From: Octopus vulgaris
Taxonomy: Eukaryota
Reading direction: 5' to 3'
Assembly (NCBI GenBank): GCA_951406725.2
Contig: OX597820.1
Location: 102,176,001 to 102,240,000, forward strand
Length of the DNA stretch: 64,000 nucleotides
Part shown: positions 12,094 through 24,599 of the stretch, piece after piece
How the letters are laid out: the number at the start of each line of letters is the position of its first letter
How positions within the stretch are numbered: position 1 is the stretch's first letter
Notes under the pieces: model-generated
Seen by the model: only the letters and a program-made list of their open reading frames with translations
Databases searched by the model: none
Told to the model about the DNA's origin: nothing
Position numbers and translations under genes: made by a program

Positions 12094-12532
12094 TTAATCC
12101 TCTAGAGTTCACATTATTGTGTCAAAATTAATACTTTGTTTACTCACATTTTATGGAGATGTACTTGCATAGCAAGTGACCTGATCTGAGATCATGTGCT
12201 GGAACGAAAACAATTGCAGCATGGAAGGTGTTTATAAGTCATTTAAGAAACGCACAAAAACCGATAAGATTCACTTCAACATTTAAATTTAATCTGTAAA
12301 AATATTTTTGTCACCTTGAGACCGCGACCTGTTCACTGACAAAATTCCGTGCTGCATCTTGTTTTGAATTAATCATGCATTGTCTTGTAGCTATAAGATT
12401 TTGATGAGGTAAACTGTTAATTTTTAGAATGATATTGTAGGGATGGTGTGAGAAGCCAGATCTGATAGTTTGAACATAAAACAGACAGAATACTTTGGCT
12501 GGGTATGGCCGGTTTAAATACTAAAGAGTGAA
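12094..12532 (+). mobile_element. TTAA-type MITE interrupted by a Penelope-like fragment (12152-12357)
   Basis: Degenerate ends ttaatcctctag / ctaaagagtgaa; compositionally distinct insert carrying a hammerhead relic. Confidence 0.45.
12295..12341 (-). ncRNA. Minimal hammerhead relic, G3-C8 core variant
   Basis: tgtca-GTGAACA-g-GTCGC ggtctcaag GTGAC-aAAA-ATAT-TT-ttaca; palindromic ATAT tetraloop; G12 reads A, compatible with CpG decay. Confidence 0.5.
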
Positions 12533-13170
12533 AAAAAAAACCCATTCACAATGGCATAAACATCGCAATGTTTCACTTCTCTTCTTCAGTTTATTTGAGT
12601 TTAACATCCAGTTTCTCTTCCATCCAAATATTTGCCCATCATTCCAAGTCACAAGAGAGAACAAACAATAAATATGATAAGTTGAATATATTTGTCACTA
12701 GTTAGTGTGTGTCATATACTCTGACATCTGACATGTCAGCCAATGGCAAAGCCTAACAAAGTCAGATCAATGTTTGTATCATTTTCTGTGATGTATTTTA
12801 TTTATTACAGCCAATGGTAAAGTTAAGTGCCATTAATCTCCCGATGACAATATTGTCAATGACATTTGCCAGGAAATATTGTTGAAGGTTTTCTACAGGC
12901 AATATAGTCTAAACATGTCAGTTTATATATAGGAAGAAAGATATGGAAATATGAGCAACTCTTTGTTGTTGTAAAAGGTTGTATGTCAAAAGATGAAACC
13001 TGGCAGCACTTTTAATGCCATTTTGTCGAAAGAATTTCAACAATCACGAAAGAAGGCATGTAGAACAGAACGGTTGTTCAGATGAAATGGGGAATGGGAG
13101 GAGTGGGAATGAATGCCTCATCACTTTAGGTTTAGCTCCTTTATGAGCTAAGCATAAATATATTCATAGA

Positions 13171-13570
13171 CTAGCAGTATCGCCCGGCTTTGCTCGGGTT
13201 TGTGAGAGAAATAACTATATAAGCATTTTTAGAGATGTAAAGTAAAATAGCCATCTCAATATGGCTAACCACAAAGCAGGGGGGTGGTACTGTAGCTTTT
13301 TACGTTCTGAGATTTAATAATACATTTTTAGAGAGTTACTTCCCTTATATAATAGCAAAAAATGCATTAAAAATGTGAAAAAATGATGGTAATTTTTTTT
13401 TTAAATCGTAGACTCATCGTAGACGCACGCTAATACCTAGAAGGGCTCGATATGAATCACGACTATAAGATACCCTCTTTTGGTTACACTGCACCACAAA
13501 ATGTGGGAGTAGTTAGGAATCTAAATCATAGGAGACAGACAGCACACAACCTCACTTTTATATATAAAGA
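13171..13570 (-). mobile_element. Non-autonomous Helitron, 400 bp, both ends intact
   Basis: Minus strand A|TCTTTATATATAAAAG...CCCGAGCAAAGCCGGG (hairpin) CGATACTGCTAG|T: 5' TC, 3' CTAG, inserted between A and T. Confidence 0.85.
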
Positions 13571-13689
13571 TATGTAAATATATTCATAGATAGGAAAATT
13601 TCTGTTAAGTATACATTTAAATATATATAGACAGAGATATACATGTTTAATCCCACTGGGATACAAACATCATCATTATCATCATCATT

Positions 13690-13930
13690 TCTAATATCAT
13701 CATCATTGTCATCATCATCATCATTTAATGTCCGTTTTCCATGCTGGCATGAGTTGGATGGCTTGACAGAAGCTGACCAACTGAAGGGCTGTTCAGGCTC
13801 CATGTCTGTTTCGGCATCGTTTCTATAGTTGGGTGCCCTTCCTCATGCCAACCACTTTACAATGTGTATTGGGTGCTTTTTGCGCAGTACTGGCACAGGT
13901 GCTTCTAACGTGGCACCAATGCCTATGAGC
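13690..13930 (-). mobile_element. Family C RTE tail
   Basis: (CAT)n-ttaatgtccgttttccatgctggcatg...tgcccttcctcatgccaaccac. Confidence 0.75.
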
Positions 13931-15077
13931 CCGCAAGATTAGGGACACATATTCAAAAGACAAAGACAATAAGCCCTAGTACTTGAAATGTCATCAGGAA
14001 AACCTTGATGATTATGTGGCCTGCTAGAAATAGCAGCTACACCTCTTTCAAATCTAGTGCCGTTTTGGTACCAACCTATTTCAATTGGTTTCTAGTTCTG
14101 TGATATAAACTTCCTGTTTTAGAGTGATCTAAATCAAAACTTGCCATCAAAATTGCATATAGATTTGTATTCCATCCACCAATGTTATTTTACTAAATTC
14201 CATTATTTTCAAAATTAGCTGAAACAAAGAAAGTGTATTTTACCAGAAGGATGGTTAGTAACAGGGGGGTTTAAAAGAGCAAAAGTAATAATGTGGTCCT
14301 AGAGATATTGTCTGAAAAAAATAAAGCAGGATGGTCATAGTAGGAATGTCTTCGATTATAAGTCTCCCAGATGAAGGCTAGCTTGAAACTAAATGACAAT
14401 GACTACAGTCTTTAAAAATAATCTGTCTTTCCACTACACTTAACATTTTAGACAAAAACTACTGTTCTTGCAGATATTAGCAGTTCCAAACAATGCCAGT
14501 TTGGCAAAGATGACTGGTTCTTTTTTCCTATTCTTTGAACTTGAATCCTATTATGGTGAAATTACCATTTTTATTTGAGTTGACAAAGTAAGTAAAGGTT
14601 GCCTTCAGAACATCAACTATTCTTCATTGATTTGGTATGGAAAAAACGGGCTGTACCTTATTGGCTTCAGAGGCTCTCTAAAGTCAATAATCACAGCATA
14701 GAGTTGACAGTATATGATAAAATAGAAATTTATTAAGACTGTAAGTTAGACACTTTTTCCGTATCAAAGATATGAGGAATCTCAATAAGCTGATTGTTTC
14801 TATATGACTCACAGTTAGCAGCTAAACGGTGTTAAGAGAATGCAAATATAATATACATGCATGCATGCATACATACATACATACACACACATATATATAT
14901 GGATAATTGTCAGCTCATTACAACTGATTCTTATGCATTTTTTAATAGAAGAAATAGAACATTACTTCATTACAAAAAACTGTAATCATCAGAGGAATTG
15001 TAATTTTACAAACAAAAGAATATCCCAAGAATATGGCAGGGACATGGCTGAAGTCCATCAAGGCTAGCTATGAAATG

Positions 15078-15109
<32 letters not shown>

Positions 15110-15141
<32 letters not shown>

Positions 15142-15468
15142 TTAACATCCGCTTTCCATGCTGGAATGGGTTGGATGATTTAACTGAGGTCCCGCGAACC
15201 AGATGGCTGCACCTGACTCCAATCTGATCTGGCAGAGTTTCTACAGCTGGATGCTCAGAGAGTGTAGTGGGTGCTTTTACGTGCCACCTGCACGAGGGCC
15301 AGTCAGGCAGTACTGGCAATGGCCACGCTCAAATGGTGCTTTTTATGTGCCACCTGCACAGGAGCCAGTCCAGTGGCACTGGCAACGACCTTGCTCAAAT
15401 ATTTTTTTACGTGCCACCAGCACAAGTGCCAGTAAAAGGCAACGCAGGTAACGATCATGCTTGAATGA
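15110..15468 (-). mobile_element. Family C RTE tail
   Basis: Same consensus with three internal tttacgtgccacc.gcac repeats. Confidence 0.8.
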
Positions 15469-15618
15469 TATATATATATGTATATGCACACACACAAACA
15501 TAATATACATACATATTATAGATCATTATTTTTATGCATTTGTGTATATTTAAACTAATCAAATATTATTTTACTGAATAATAGAATTAAACTTACTTTG
15601 ATTAAAACCCTTTCTAAC

Positions 15619-16648
15619 ATGGAAGTATCCAAAGAGCATTTGAGGCGCATAATGCTTTATGACTACGAAAAAGGAAACTCTGCAGCTGAAGCGACTCGAA
15701 ACATACACTCAGTTTATGGGAAAGAATGCTTGAATGAAAGAACTTGCAGAAGATGGTTTGCAAAATTCTGAAGTGGAGATTTCAGACTTGAAGATGAAGA
15801 TCGAACAGGACATCCAGTTGAGTTTGATGATAAGCTCCTTGAGGTATTACTTGAAGAAAATCCTGCATTATCAGTTGAGGAATTGGCGATAAAGCTTAGT
15901 TCAAACCATACAACTGTTCATTGTCATCTTCAACAACTTGAAAAGGTTCCTAATCTTGGAAAATGGGTGGCACAGGAATTGTCTGAAAGCAACTGAAAAT
16001 CCCGAGTTGACATCTGCTCTTCTCTCCATTCTTGCAAACTCATTTCACCCTTTTTGGATAGACTTGTGACTGGTGGCGTAAAATGGATCTTCTATCGAAA
16101 TGTTAAACATCGTAAACAGTGGTTTGGTAAAAGGGAAAATGCTCAATCACAACCGAGAAGGGAACTTCATGGGAAAAAAGGTTCTTCTCTCTATCTGGTG
16201 GGATTGCAAAGGAGTAATTCACTTTGAATTGTTGCCACCTAATGCAACAATCAATGCTCAAGTCTACTGTCAGCAACTAGAGTGTTTGAACCAAGCTTTG
16301 AAGAAAAAAAACCCCGCTTTAGCGAATCAAAAAGGAGTGATGTTTCATCAGGACAATATGCGACCCCACACTGCAAAGATCACATCACAGAAGATTGAAG
16401 AGCTTGGTTGGGAAAAAATTCCTCATCCACATTATTCTCCCAACCTTGCTTCTTCAAACTACCATTTGTTTCATAGTTTACAGAATCATTTGGGGGACAT
16501 AACTTTCGCAATCCAGGAGGAGGTCGAAACTGACATTTCAGAGTTCTTCGCTTTGAAACCCAAAGAGTTTTACATTGATGGGATTAAAAAGCTTGTAAAT
16601 AGATGGAAGGATGTCATAGATAATCAGGGAAAGTACATTGATGATTAA
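15619..16648 (+). pseudogene. Mariner (DD34D) transposase pseudogene
   Basis: MEVSKEHLRRIMLYDYEKGNSAAEATRNI...GKWVAQEL...VTGGVKW...WWDCKGVIHFELL...HQDNMRPH...YSPNLASSNYHLF; two in-frame stops, a frameshift near 16125, first and third catalytic D mutated. Confidence 0.93.
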
Positions 16649-16698
16649 ATTTCAATTAAATATAACATTTGATCACTTGTTTTCTTTATTCAAAATTT

Positions 16699-16725
16699 GG
16701 ACAGAACTTATGGGATGACCTCATA
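16699..16725 (+). repeat. Probable right TIR of the mariner element
   Basis: ggacagaacttatgggatgacctca followed by TA shortly after the stop codon; no intact left counterpart seen. Confidence 0.55.
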
Positions 16726-16927
16726 AATATATATATATTTATACATGCATAAACTGTTGGTGACAACAGAAATATCCAAAGTTGAATAGAAAGTACCCAC
16801 TATGTAACACTCACATACAAACACAAATGCACACAAGTACAACCCCACCATATACATACATGCATTCATACATACATACACACACATATATACATATATT
16901 TTTTTTCTATATATATATATATTTATA

Positions 16928-16985
<58 letters not shown>

Positions 16986-16995
16986 AATGTTTGTG

Positions 16996-17026
<31 letters not shown>

Positions 17027-18284
17027 GTATGTATGTATGTATGTATGTATGTATGTATGTATGTATGTATGTATGTATGTATGTATGTATGTATGTATGC
17101 ATACATATATATATATGGGAATTAATTTCTTCTGTATCTTTGACAGATGTATCACAGCAGACTAAGAAGGATATATTTGTACTGTAGAAAACCAGGAGAT
17201 AGCTACCAAAATAAAATGACAGATGGTATGTATCTGAGTGATCAGGATCTTAATTCCTTAATAGCATTGTTAGCCTTGTTATCTTGCAACGTTTAAGTTC
17301 TTTGAAATTGTTTATGCTGCATTCCCTGGCAAAGTTTATCTTTAATTCTAGTTGGGATTTACAGGATAAAACAGGAGATTTCTATATTTATATTGAAACA
17401 GGACATTGCTTTTAACTATCTTTACCAATTAAAGTGCTAGAAATATGATGAGCCAATGAAAGAACATTTATATCAGTAGTTTTTCAACCAGGGTGTCATG
17501 ACATTCTGGGGTTTGACGGACAGTAGTTAAGAATGACAAGTGGTTTTTAAATTCAAATAATACAGCTAACAAACATTTCAAATAAGGATGTTATATACAT
17601 TAAGTATAAGGTGATGTCACAGAAACACATGAAACCTTAATGGCTGTTTTGGACTGCTAAATGTAGCAGCTAAATTTTTCTCAAATTACACCTTACCTTT
17701 TAAAGAAGGAAGGACACTGTAGACATTATAGTCAAAGCTATTGACAGGAAATTTACAAGATAGTATAAGGCTGATTTTGGGCCTGCTGAATGAGTGACCT
17801 TTTAAAATTCAATGAAGATAGGGCTCTCAGATTTTTGTCTGATGTAGAAGGGGTTCCTTGACTCTACAGCCCATATACTGACTTAAAAGCCCTGAATATA
17901 TCCATAGATATACCAAAAGATGGGAAAGTGATCATGACTGCCTTGAGTTAAACAACATTAATATCAACAACAACAACAACAATAATAAGTAGGCTATATA
18001 GAAAACTACCTGCTATATAATGGTAATGTAGAATAGTATATTCTTAATTAGTCCAAGAACCAATTTTCGCTACAATGAAACCTTATATGAACATGTATCT
18101 TAACATGACCCCTGCCCAAAACCATCCTCAAGGGCTGAGGTCCCTAACCACTGGGACATATACCAGTACTGAGCAGTAGATCACTGGGAGCTTCACAGAA
18201 AGAATAAATTAAAAAATTTTATTTCTATTTCATTGACTATCGCAGGTCTTCAAGGCCTTTGGGAGTTATGTAAGCATTTTATAT

Positions 18285-18570
18285 GCAAAGTGCCATGTAA
18301 AAAGCATTGGTGTGGGTGCTGGTGCCATTTAAAAATCACTGGTGCTGATGCCACAGAAAAAGCACTGGTGATGTTGCCATGTAAAAAACACCCAGAACAC
18401 TCTGCAAAGTAGTTGAGGTTCGGAAGAGCACCCAACTGTAGAAACCAAACCAAAACAGATTAAGGAAACTGGTGCAGCTCCTGATTTTACCAATTCCAGT
18501 CAAGTTATCCAACCAATGTCAGCATAGAAAGCAAACATTAAATGTCAATGATGATAATGATGATGATGTA
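18285..18570 (+). mobile_element. Family C RTE tail, diverged
   Basis: Repeated gtgcca.gtaaaaagcac units and (GAT)n tail. Confidence 0.7.
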
Positions 18571-18934
18571 ATATATAAGCAATAATTAATTTATATATTA
18601 TAAACACCATTTTGATTCCCCAGTCCCTGGAAAAATTGTGTTGCATGAAACTTGTCCATGGTACCAAAATATGGTTGTGGACAGCTGTTATAGGGCAGAG
18701 TTACCTTAGAACAAAGAAGAAGAAGAAGCAGACAAGGAAAATCTTGGACCAGCAGCATCAAGGGCTCGACAGGTTTCAATTTCGTAGTTGTTCTGTGTGT
18801 GATTGAGGACAGAAACCATTGGTGGTTGCTGACCACCTGAATGTCTAGTATGACTATCCCAATGAATGACTATAATACATAAGAAAATAATGATGAACAA
18901 GTCTATATTTATGACATCTCTCTTGCAGACATTA

Positions 18935-19850
18935 ATAATGGTTTCAAATTTTAGCACAAGAACAGCAGGTTTGGGGAAGGGGTTAAGTAATTAAATTGAT
19001 TCTGGTGCTTAACTTATTCTTATTTTATCAACCCTGAAAGGATGAAAGGTAAAGTCAACCTTGGTGGAATTTGAACTCAGAATGTAAAAATGAACGAAGT
19101 GCCAATAAGCATTTTGCCCAATGTAGCATTGATTCTTATTTCTTTACTGCCCACAAGGGGCTACACACGGAGGGGACAAACAAGGACAGACAAGCAGATT
19201 AAGTCGATTATATCGACCCCAGTGCATAACTGGTACTTATTTAATCGACCCCCGAAAGGATGAAAGGCAAAGTCGAACACGGTAGAATTTCAACTCAGAA
19301 TGTAGCAGCAGATGAAATACTGCTAAGCATTTCGCCCGGCATGCTAATGTTTCTGGTATTGATTCTGTCAGCTCACCATCTTACTCATGGACATTAATAC
19401 AGGTTTTGAAGTTTGGTACAAAGTCAGTAATTTCAGGGCTAGTGGGGAAGTCAGTTATATCAACCCCAGTGCTCAATAAGATACCCATTTCATCTATCCA
19501 GAAAGGATGAAAAGCAAAGTCGACCAGCGCAGTTGATTTTGCCTTTAATAATATTGGTTTCAAAGTTTAGTACAAGACCAGCAACTTCAGAGCAGTGGGT
19601 AAGTCAATTACATTGATTCCAATGCTCAGCTGGTACTTATTTTATTGAGCCGGAAACACTGAAAGGTAAACTCAACTTCAGCAGAATTTGAACTCAGAAT
19701 GTAATGACTGATAAAGTACTTCTAAACATTTCATCTGGCATGTTAAAGATTCAGCCAGCCTGCTATGTTACACATGGACATTAATAATGTTTCAAACTTT
19801 AGCACAAGGCCAGTAATTTTGGGGTAGGGGCTAAGTCAATTAAATTGTCT
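18935..19850 (-). mobile_element. Cluster of about five SINE B copies, one nested (19137-19355)
   Basis: Repeated B cores; attgattct flanks both sides of the young nested copy. Confidence 0.8.
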
Positions 19851-20315
19851 CGAAGACCCGACAAATGAATTGAGTTCATGCTCGCAGGACAGCCTGCTGT
19901 GCTAACCTTGGATCGTAGAGTGACCCGCTGTTCTTGTGGAGACCTGTTGAGTCAAGTTCGTCAACATCAAAAAATTCAAATGGAAATTGTAGTTAAGACA
20001 CCCGTGCTGGTGACACGTAAAAAGCACCATTCGAGCGTGGCAGTTACTAGCGTCGCCTTACTGGCATCCGTGCCGGTGACACGTAAAAGCACCAACCGAT
20101 CGTGGCCATTTGCCAGCCTGCTCTGGCCCCTGTGCCAGAGGCACGTAAAAAACACCCACTACACCCACGGAGTGGTTGGCGTAGAATCCAGCTGTAGAAA
20201 CACTGCCAAATCAGACTAGAGCCTGGTGCAGCCCCCATGGCTTACCAGACTCTGGTCGAACCATCTAACCAATGCTAGCATGGAAAACGGACGTTAAGTG
20301 ATGATGATGATGATG
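19850..20315 (+). mobile_element. Family C RTE 3' UTR, long copy
   Basis: Contains gacctgttgagtcaagt (shared with the RTE 3' UTR at ~55935-55955), three internal repeats and (GAT)n tail. Confidence 0.8.
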
Positions 20316-20457
20316 TTCAACTGAAACTTATTTTATTTATTCAGAAAGGATGAAAGGATGAAAGTTGACCACCAAGCTCAACTTTGCCTTTAATGATAAT
20401 ATTAATAAGTAAAAAAAAAAAATTGGTTTCAGCCACTAATAAAAACTAAGTCATTTC

Positions 20458-20802
20458 TATGGTTTACCGAGATCTAATCTTCTTTTGTACAATGGAATCC
20501 ACTACTAGATGTGAAAATAGTGGAACAATTTGGTTGAAGAGTTATCTTTGATTCCTGAATATTGGAAACCATAATCAATGTTTTATTGATCAGACACAAT
20601 GTTTTAGACTAATAAGGGTAATGCTACTGAAGAATTATGATGTTCCTGTCATTTCAAAGAATTATTCTGCTATAAATAACAGAAATGAAAATTAAGGCTT
20701 GTAATACATTTCTATATATTAAGCATTTTTATATATGTATGTATGGTTTACCGAGATCTAATCTTCTTTCGTACAATGGAGTCCACTACTAGATGTGAAA
20801 AT
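20458..20802 (+). repeat. ~60-bp direct duplication (20458-20518 and 20743-20802)
   Basis: tatggtttaccgagatctaatcttcttt.gtacaatgga.tccactactagatgtgaaaat occurs twice. Confidence 0.85.
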
Positions 20803-20979
20803 GTCAGGTCACTTTCGAGTGCTACTGGTAACATGTAACCCAGTACAACTTGTTGCATGGTCGGATCGTCGGTGACTAAACCGGCAACCCCACCAAGCTT
20901 GCTTGGTGAGGAGGGTGTTTATTGGACACCCTGCTGGATGAAAAACAAAACCCGTCAAAGGGCGGAGGACCTCTTGAGA

Positions 20980-21260
20980 GTCGACCTCGGTGGAAGTTGA
21001 ACTCAGAACGTAGCGGTAGACGAAATACCTATTTCTTTACTACCCACAAGGGGCTAAACATAGAGGGGACAAACAAAGACAGACAAAGGGATTAAGTCAA
21101 TTACATCGACCCCAGTGCATAACTGGTACTTAATTTATCGACCCCGAAAGGATGAAAGGCAAAGTCGACCTCAGCGGAATTTGAACTCACAACGTAACGG
21201 CAGACGAAATACGGCTATGCATCTCGCCCGGTGTGTTAGCGTTTCTGCAAGCTTGCCACC
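20980..21260 (-). mobile_element. SINE family B plus partial tandem second unit
   Basis: Full B copy 21030-21260 adjoining a repeat of the gtcgacctc..gacgaaatac segment. Confidence 0.85.
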
Positions 21261-21469
21261 TCGAGTGCTTTATACCACTAGAGGGACTGGCCTTGACACT
21301 GCCTATCTAGCTATTTATCTATCTATCTATAAATAGAGTGTAGATATGCATGTGTGATATGATATTTATGTTATCTTCAAAAATTTTATCATATGGTTAC
21401 ACAAAACAGTTGACAATTGTGATAGCATATGGATAGCAACTGTATGGAGGAAGAGGAGAATGGTGCTGG

Positions 21470-21810
21470 CAGCAGTTGTTGATGATGATGATAATGATGA
21501 TAGTATAGATTGTGGTGGTGGAAGTGATGGTGGTAGTGGTGGCAACAGCAGAAACGATGATGATGATGATGATGATGATGACAACACTGATGATGATGGT
21601 GACACTGATGATGATGATGATGATGACAACGACACTGATGATGATGATGGAGATGAGGATGATGGTAATTGCGATGATGATGAAAATGATGATGAGAACC
21701 ATGATGGCGGTGGTAGTGATGATAACAATGATGATGATGATGATGATGATGTTAAAAGGGATGAGAATAATAATGAAATTGTTTTGGCTGTTGTTATTGA
21801 TCATGATGAT
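21470..21810. repeat. (GAT/GGT)n trinucleotide low-complexity tract
   Basis: Direct inspection. Confidence 0.9.
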
Positions 21811-22012
21811 TAAGCAGCAATTATTTGTGATTTAATGAATTGAATCCCAAGATGAAGCTCACACTTTTACACAGTTCCAATGAAATATATATGGATGAAA
21901 AAAAGAAAACTCCCATAAATATTTGATTACCTTAAACCATGATTTTTTGTTTGTCGTTTGTACGTACATACATACATACATACATACATACATACATACA
22001 TACATACATACA

Positions 22013-22051
<39 letters not shown>

Positions 22052-22292
22052 TGTTATGAAGTGAATATGTGCAAAAAAATAAATAAAACAAAGTAAAATA
22101 AAATAAAAATAAATTTTTTTTCTTCATATTTTATTCAGAATATATTTTCATAGATAATTAAATATTTAATCAGGAAATTATACTCTTAAGGAGAAATTGA
22201 TTCTGCTATGTTCTAATTTTTTTTCCACTCACTGAAATTAATAAATATTTTTTCATATTTTGATTTATTGTTCTTTATTTTTTATGTGTCTG

Positions 22293-22335
<43 letters not shown>

Positions 22336-22399
22336 TGTATTCATAATATTTCAGAAGACTTGTTAAAACCCTTCAGGATACTGGAGTAAGAATATATAT

Positions 22400-22640
22400 G
22401 GATGTATAATGGCTTAGTGGTTGGGGTGTTTGTCCTCATGATTGTAAGATTAAGGTTTTGATTCCTGGATCAGACAATACATTGTTCTTGAGCAAAACAT
22501 TTTGTTCTTTCATGTTGCTCTAGTCTACTCAGCTGACAAAAGTGAGTAAACCTGTGATGAACTGGTGTCCCATCCTGGAGGAAATATTCACACCACAGAA
22601 TCTTGGAAACCAGCCAAATGAGTCTATAGTTCAGAAAGGA
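22400..22640 (+). mobile_element. SINE family D (tRNA head), diverged
   Basis: tggcttagtggtt (A box)...ggttttgattcc (B box)...cttgagcaa...agtctactcagctg; sibling at 43318. Confidence 0.65.
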
Positions 22641-22699
22641 CCTTTGATCCTAAGAGCTACTGATTATATATTCTTGCTAATAGATTTGTAATTATGAGC

Positions 22700-24190
22700 C
22701 AGGGCATGGCTGTGTGGTTAGGGAGCTTGCTTTCTAGCTATATGGTTTCGGGTTCAGTCCCACTGCGTGGCACTTTGGGTAGGTGTCTTCCATTATAGCC
22801 CCGAGCTGACCGGAGCTTTGTGATTGAATTCGGTAGGTGGAAGTTACTGCCGTGTGTGTATATGTGCGTGTAGGTGCTTGTGCCTCTCCCAAAGAGAGAG
22901 AGGGATGGAGCCTCTCTGTGGTTACTTTGCACGGTAGAAATAGCAGCTAGATTACTCTCCACTCTCCCTCATGTGCCTATCTGTGCTCTCTCTATGTTCC
23001 AACATATCTACCACACCCCCTTCTCAGCCACTCCATTTTCTCTCACTGTTACTTGCTACAGCTATCTCTTCCCTATCTCTAAACATCTCTCCTCACACTC
23101 TTATTGAACATTGCCCTCTATCCCCTTGGTACTATTTATACTCCCCCTATTGTTCCCAATAGACAGACCCACATTACATCTCCATCCGTCCATTTTTATC
23201 TTTCTCCCTCTGACTGTCTCTATATTTCTCTAACTCTTTCCCCTCTTCCTCTCCTCCCCTGTCCCACTGGTGTAGCCAAGCATACCCTCTGTAGTTAGAC
23301 AACTATCTCTGTCCCTCTATTATACTCTACTCTCTCATTTCGCTCACAACCACTTTCCTCAGATCCACTCTCTCTTTCTCTCTCACTCAGCTGAGAGGTC
23401 TTTGCCTTGCAAGCTACCTGGCAACCCTGCTGGCACCATGTAAAAAACATCTGTGCTAGTGCCACATAAAAAGCATTAATGCTGGGGTCACATAATAAGG
23501 ACCAATGCTGGTCCCACCTGAGCTAGTACCACATAAAAAGCATTAATGCTGGGATCACATAATAAGGACCAATGCTGGTCCCCCCTGTGCTAGTGCCACA
23601 TAAAAAGCATTAATGTTGGGGTCACATAATAAGGACCAATGCTGGTCCCACCTGTGCTAGTACCACATAAAAAGCATTAATGCTGGGGTCACATAATAAG
23701 GATCAATGCTGGTCCCACCTGTGCTAGTACCACATAAAAAGCATTAATGCTGGGATCACGTAATAAGGACCAATGCTGGTCCCATCTGTGCTAGTACCAC
23801 ATAAAAAGCATTAATGCTGGGATCACGTAATAAGGACCAATGCTGGTCCCATCTGTGCTAGTACCACATAAAAAGCATTGATGCCGGGGCCACATAATAA
23901 GGACCGATGCTGGTGCCACGTAATAAGGACTGATGCTGGTGCCACATAAAAAGCACCCAGTACACTCTGCTAAGTGGTTATCAATAAGAAGAGCATCCAG
24001 CTATAGAAACTATGCCAAAACAGACAAATGTAGCCTGGTGTAGCACTCTGGCTCGTCAGCTTCTGTTGAACTCTCCAACCCATGCTAACATGGAAAATGA
24101 AAGTTAAATGATGATGATGATGATGATGACGATGACAATGATGACGACAATGACGATGATGTTGACGATGATGTTGACAATGATAATGAT
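22700..24190 (+). mobile_element. Composite retroposon-like unit: SINE A head, CT-rich body, 67-bp array, family C tail
   Basis: All parts co-oriented, ending in gttaaatgatgatg. Confidence 0.55.
23451..23955 (+). repeat. 67-bp tandem minisatellite, about 7 copies
   Basis: Unit starts at 23451, 23518, 23585, 23652, 23719, 23786, 23853; built from ~27-bp subunits of the family C motif. Confidence 0.92.
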
Positions 24191-24526
24191 GATGATATGC
24201 AGTATATCTTCACATATACTCTAGACATTATTTCTTCATCAATCTTATCCACCAAGTTCAGACATTGAAAAACAAAAGGTGGCAATTATATTGATTCTGA
24301 TATCTGCAAAATCTTGACAATAGTTTGCATGAGAATCCTCAAGAAAAGTTGCCTGCCTATGGAGGCCATTGTTGTCTCATTTCCTGCATAAGAAGTATTT
24401 AGAGTATACTGCCTGCTGGCATGGCATACATGTGTATGTGTATGTATATGTGTATATACATACACATACTTCATTCATCTCTATATATATATATGTGTGT
24501 GTGTGTATGTGTGCGTGTTTGCGTAT

Positions 24527-24571
<45 letters not shown>

Positions 24572-24599
24572 GTATATATATATAAAGTTAATCCAAACA

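Noticed and set aside
16100-16648. Intact mariner or SETMAR-like gene
   Set aside because: ORF is the frameshifted 3' half; upstream stops and mutated catalytic aspartates; no SET domain
21366-21835. Asp-, Met- or Ser-rich ORFs (also 37443-37898 and 63378-63984)
   Set aside because: Trinucleotide microsatellite translations
23451-23955. CRISPR-like array
   Set aside because: Units are near-identical tandem copies with no unique spacers, no cas genes, eukaryotic context
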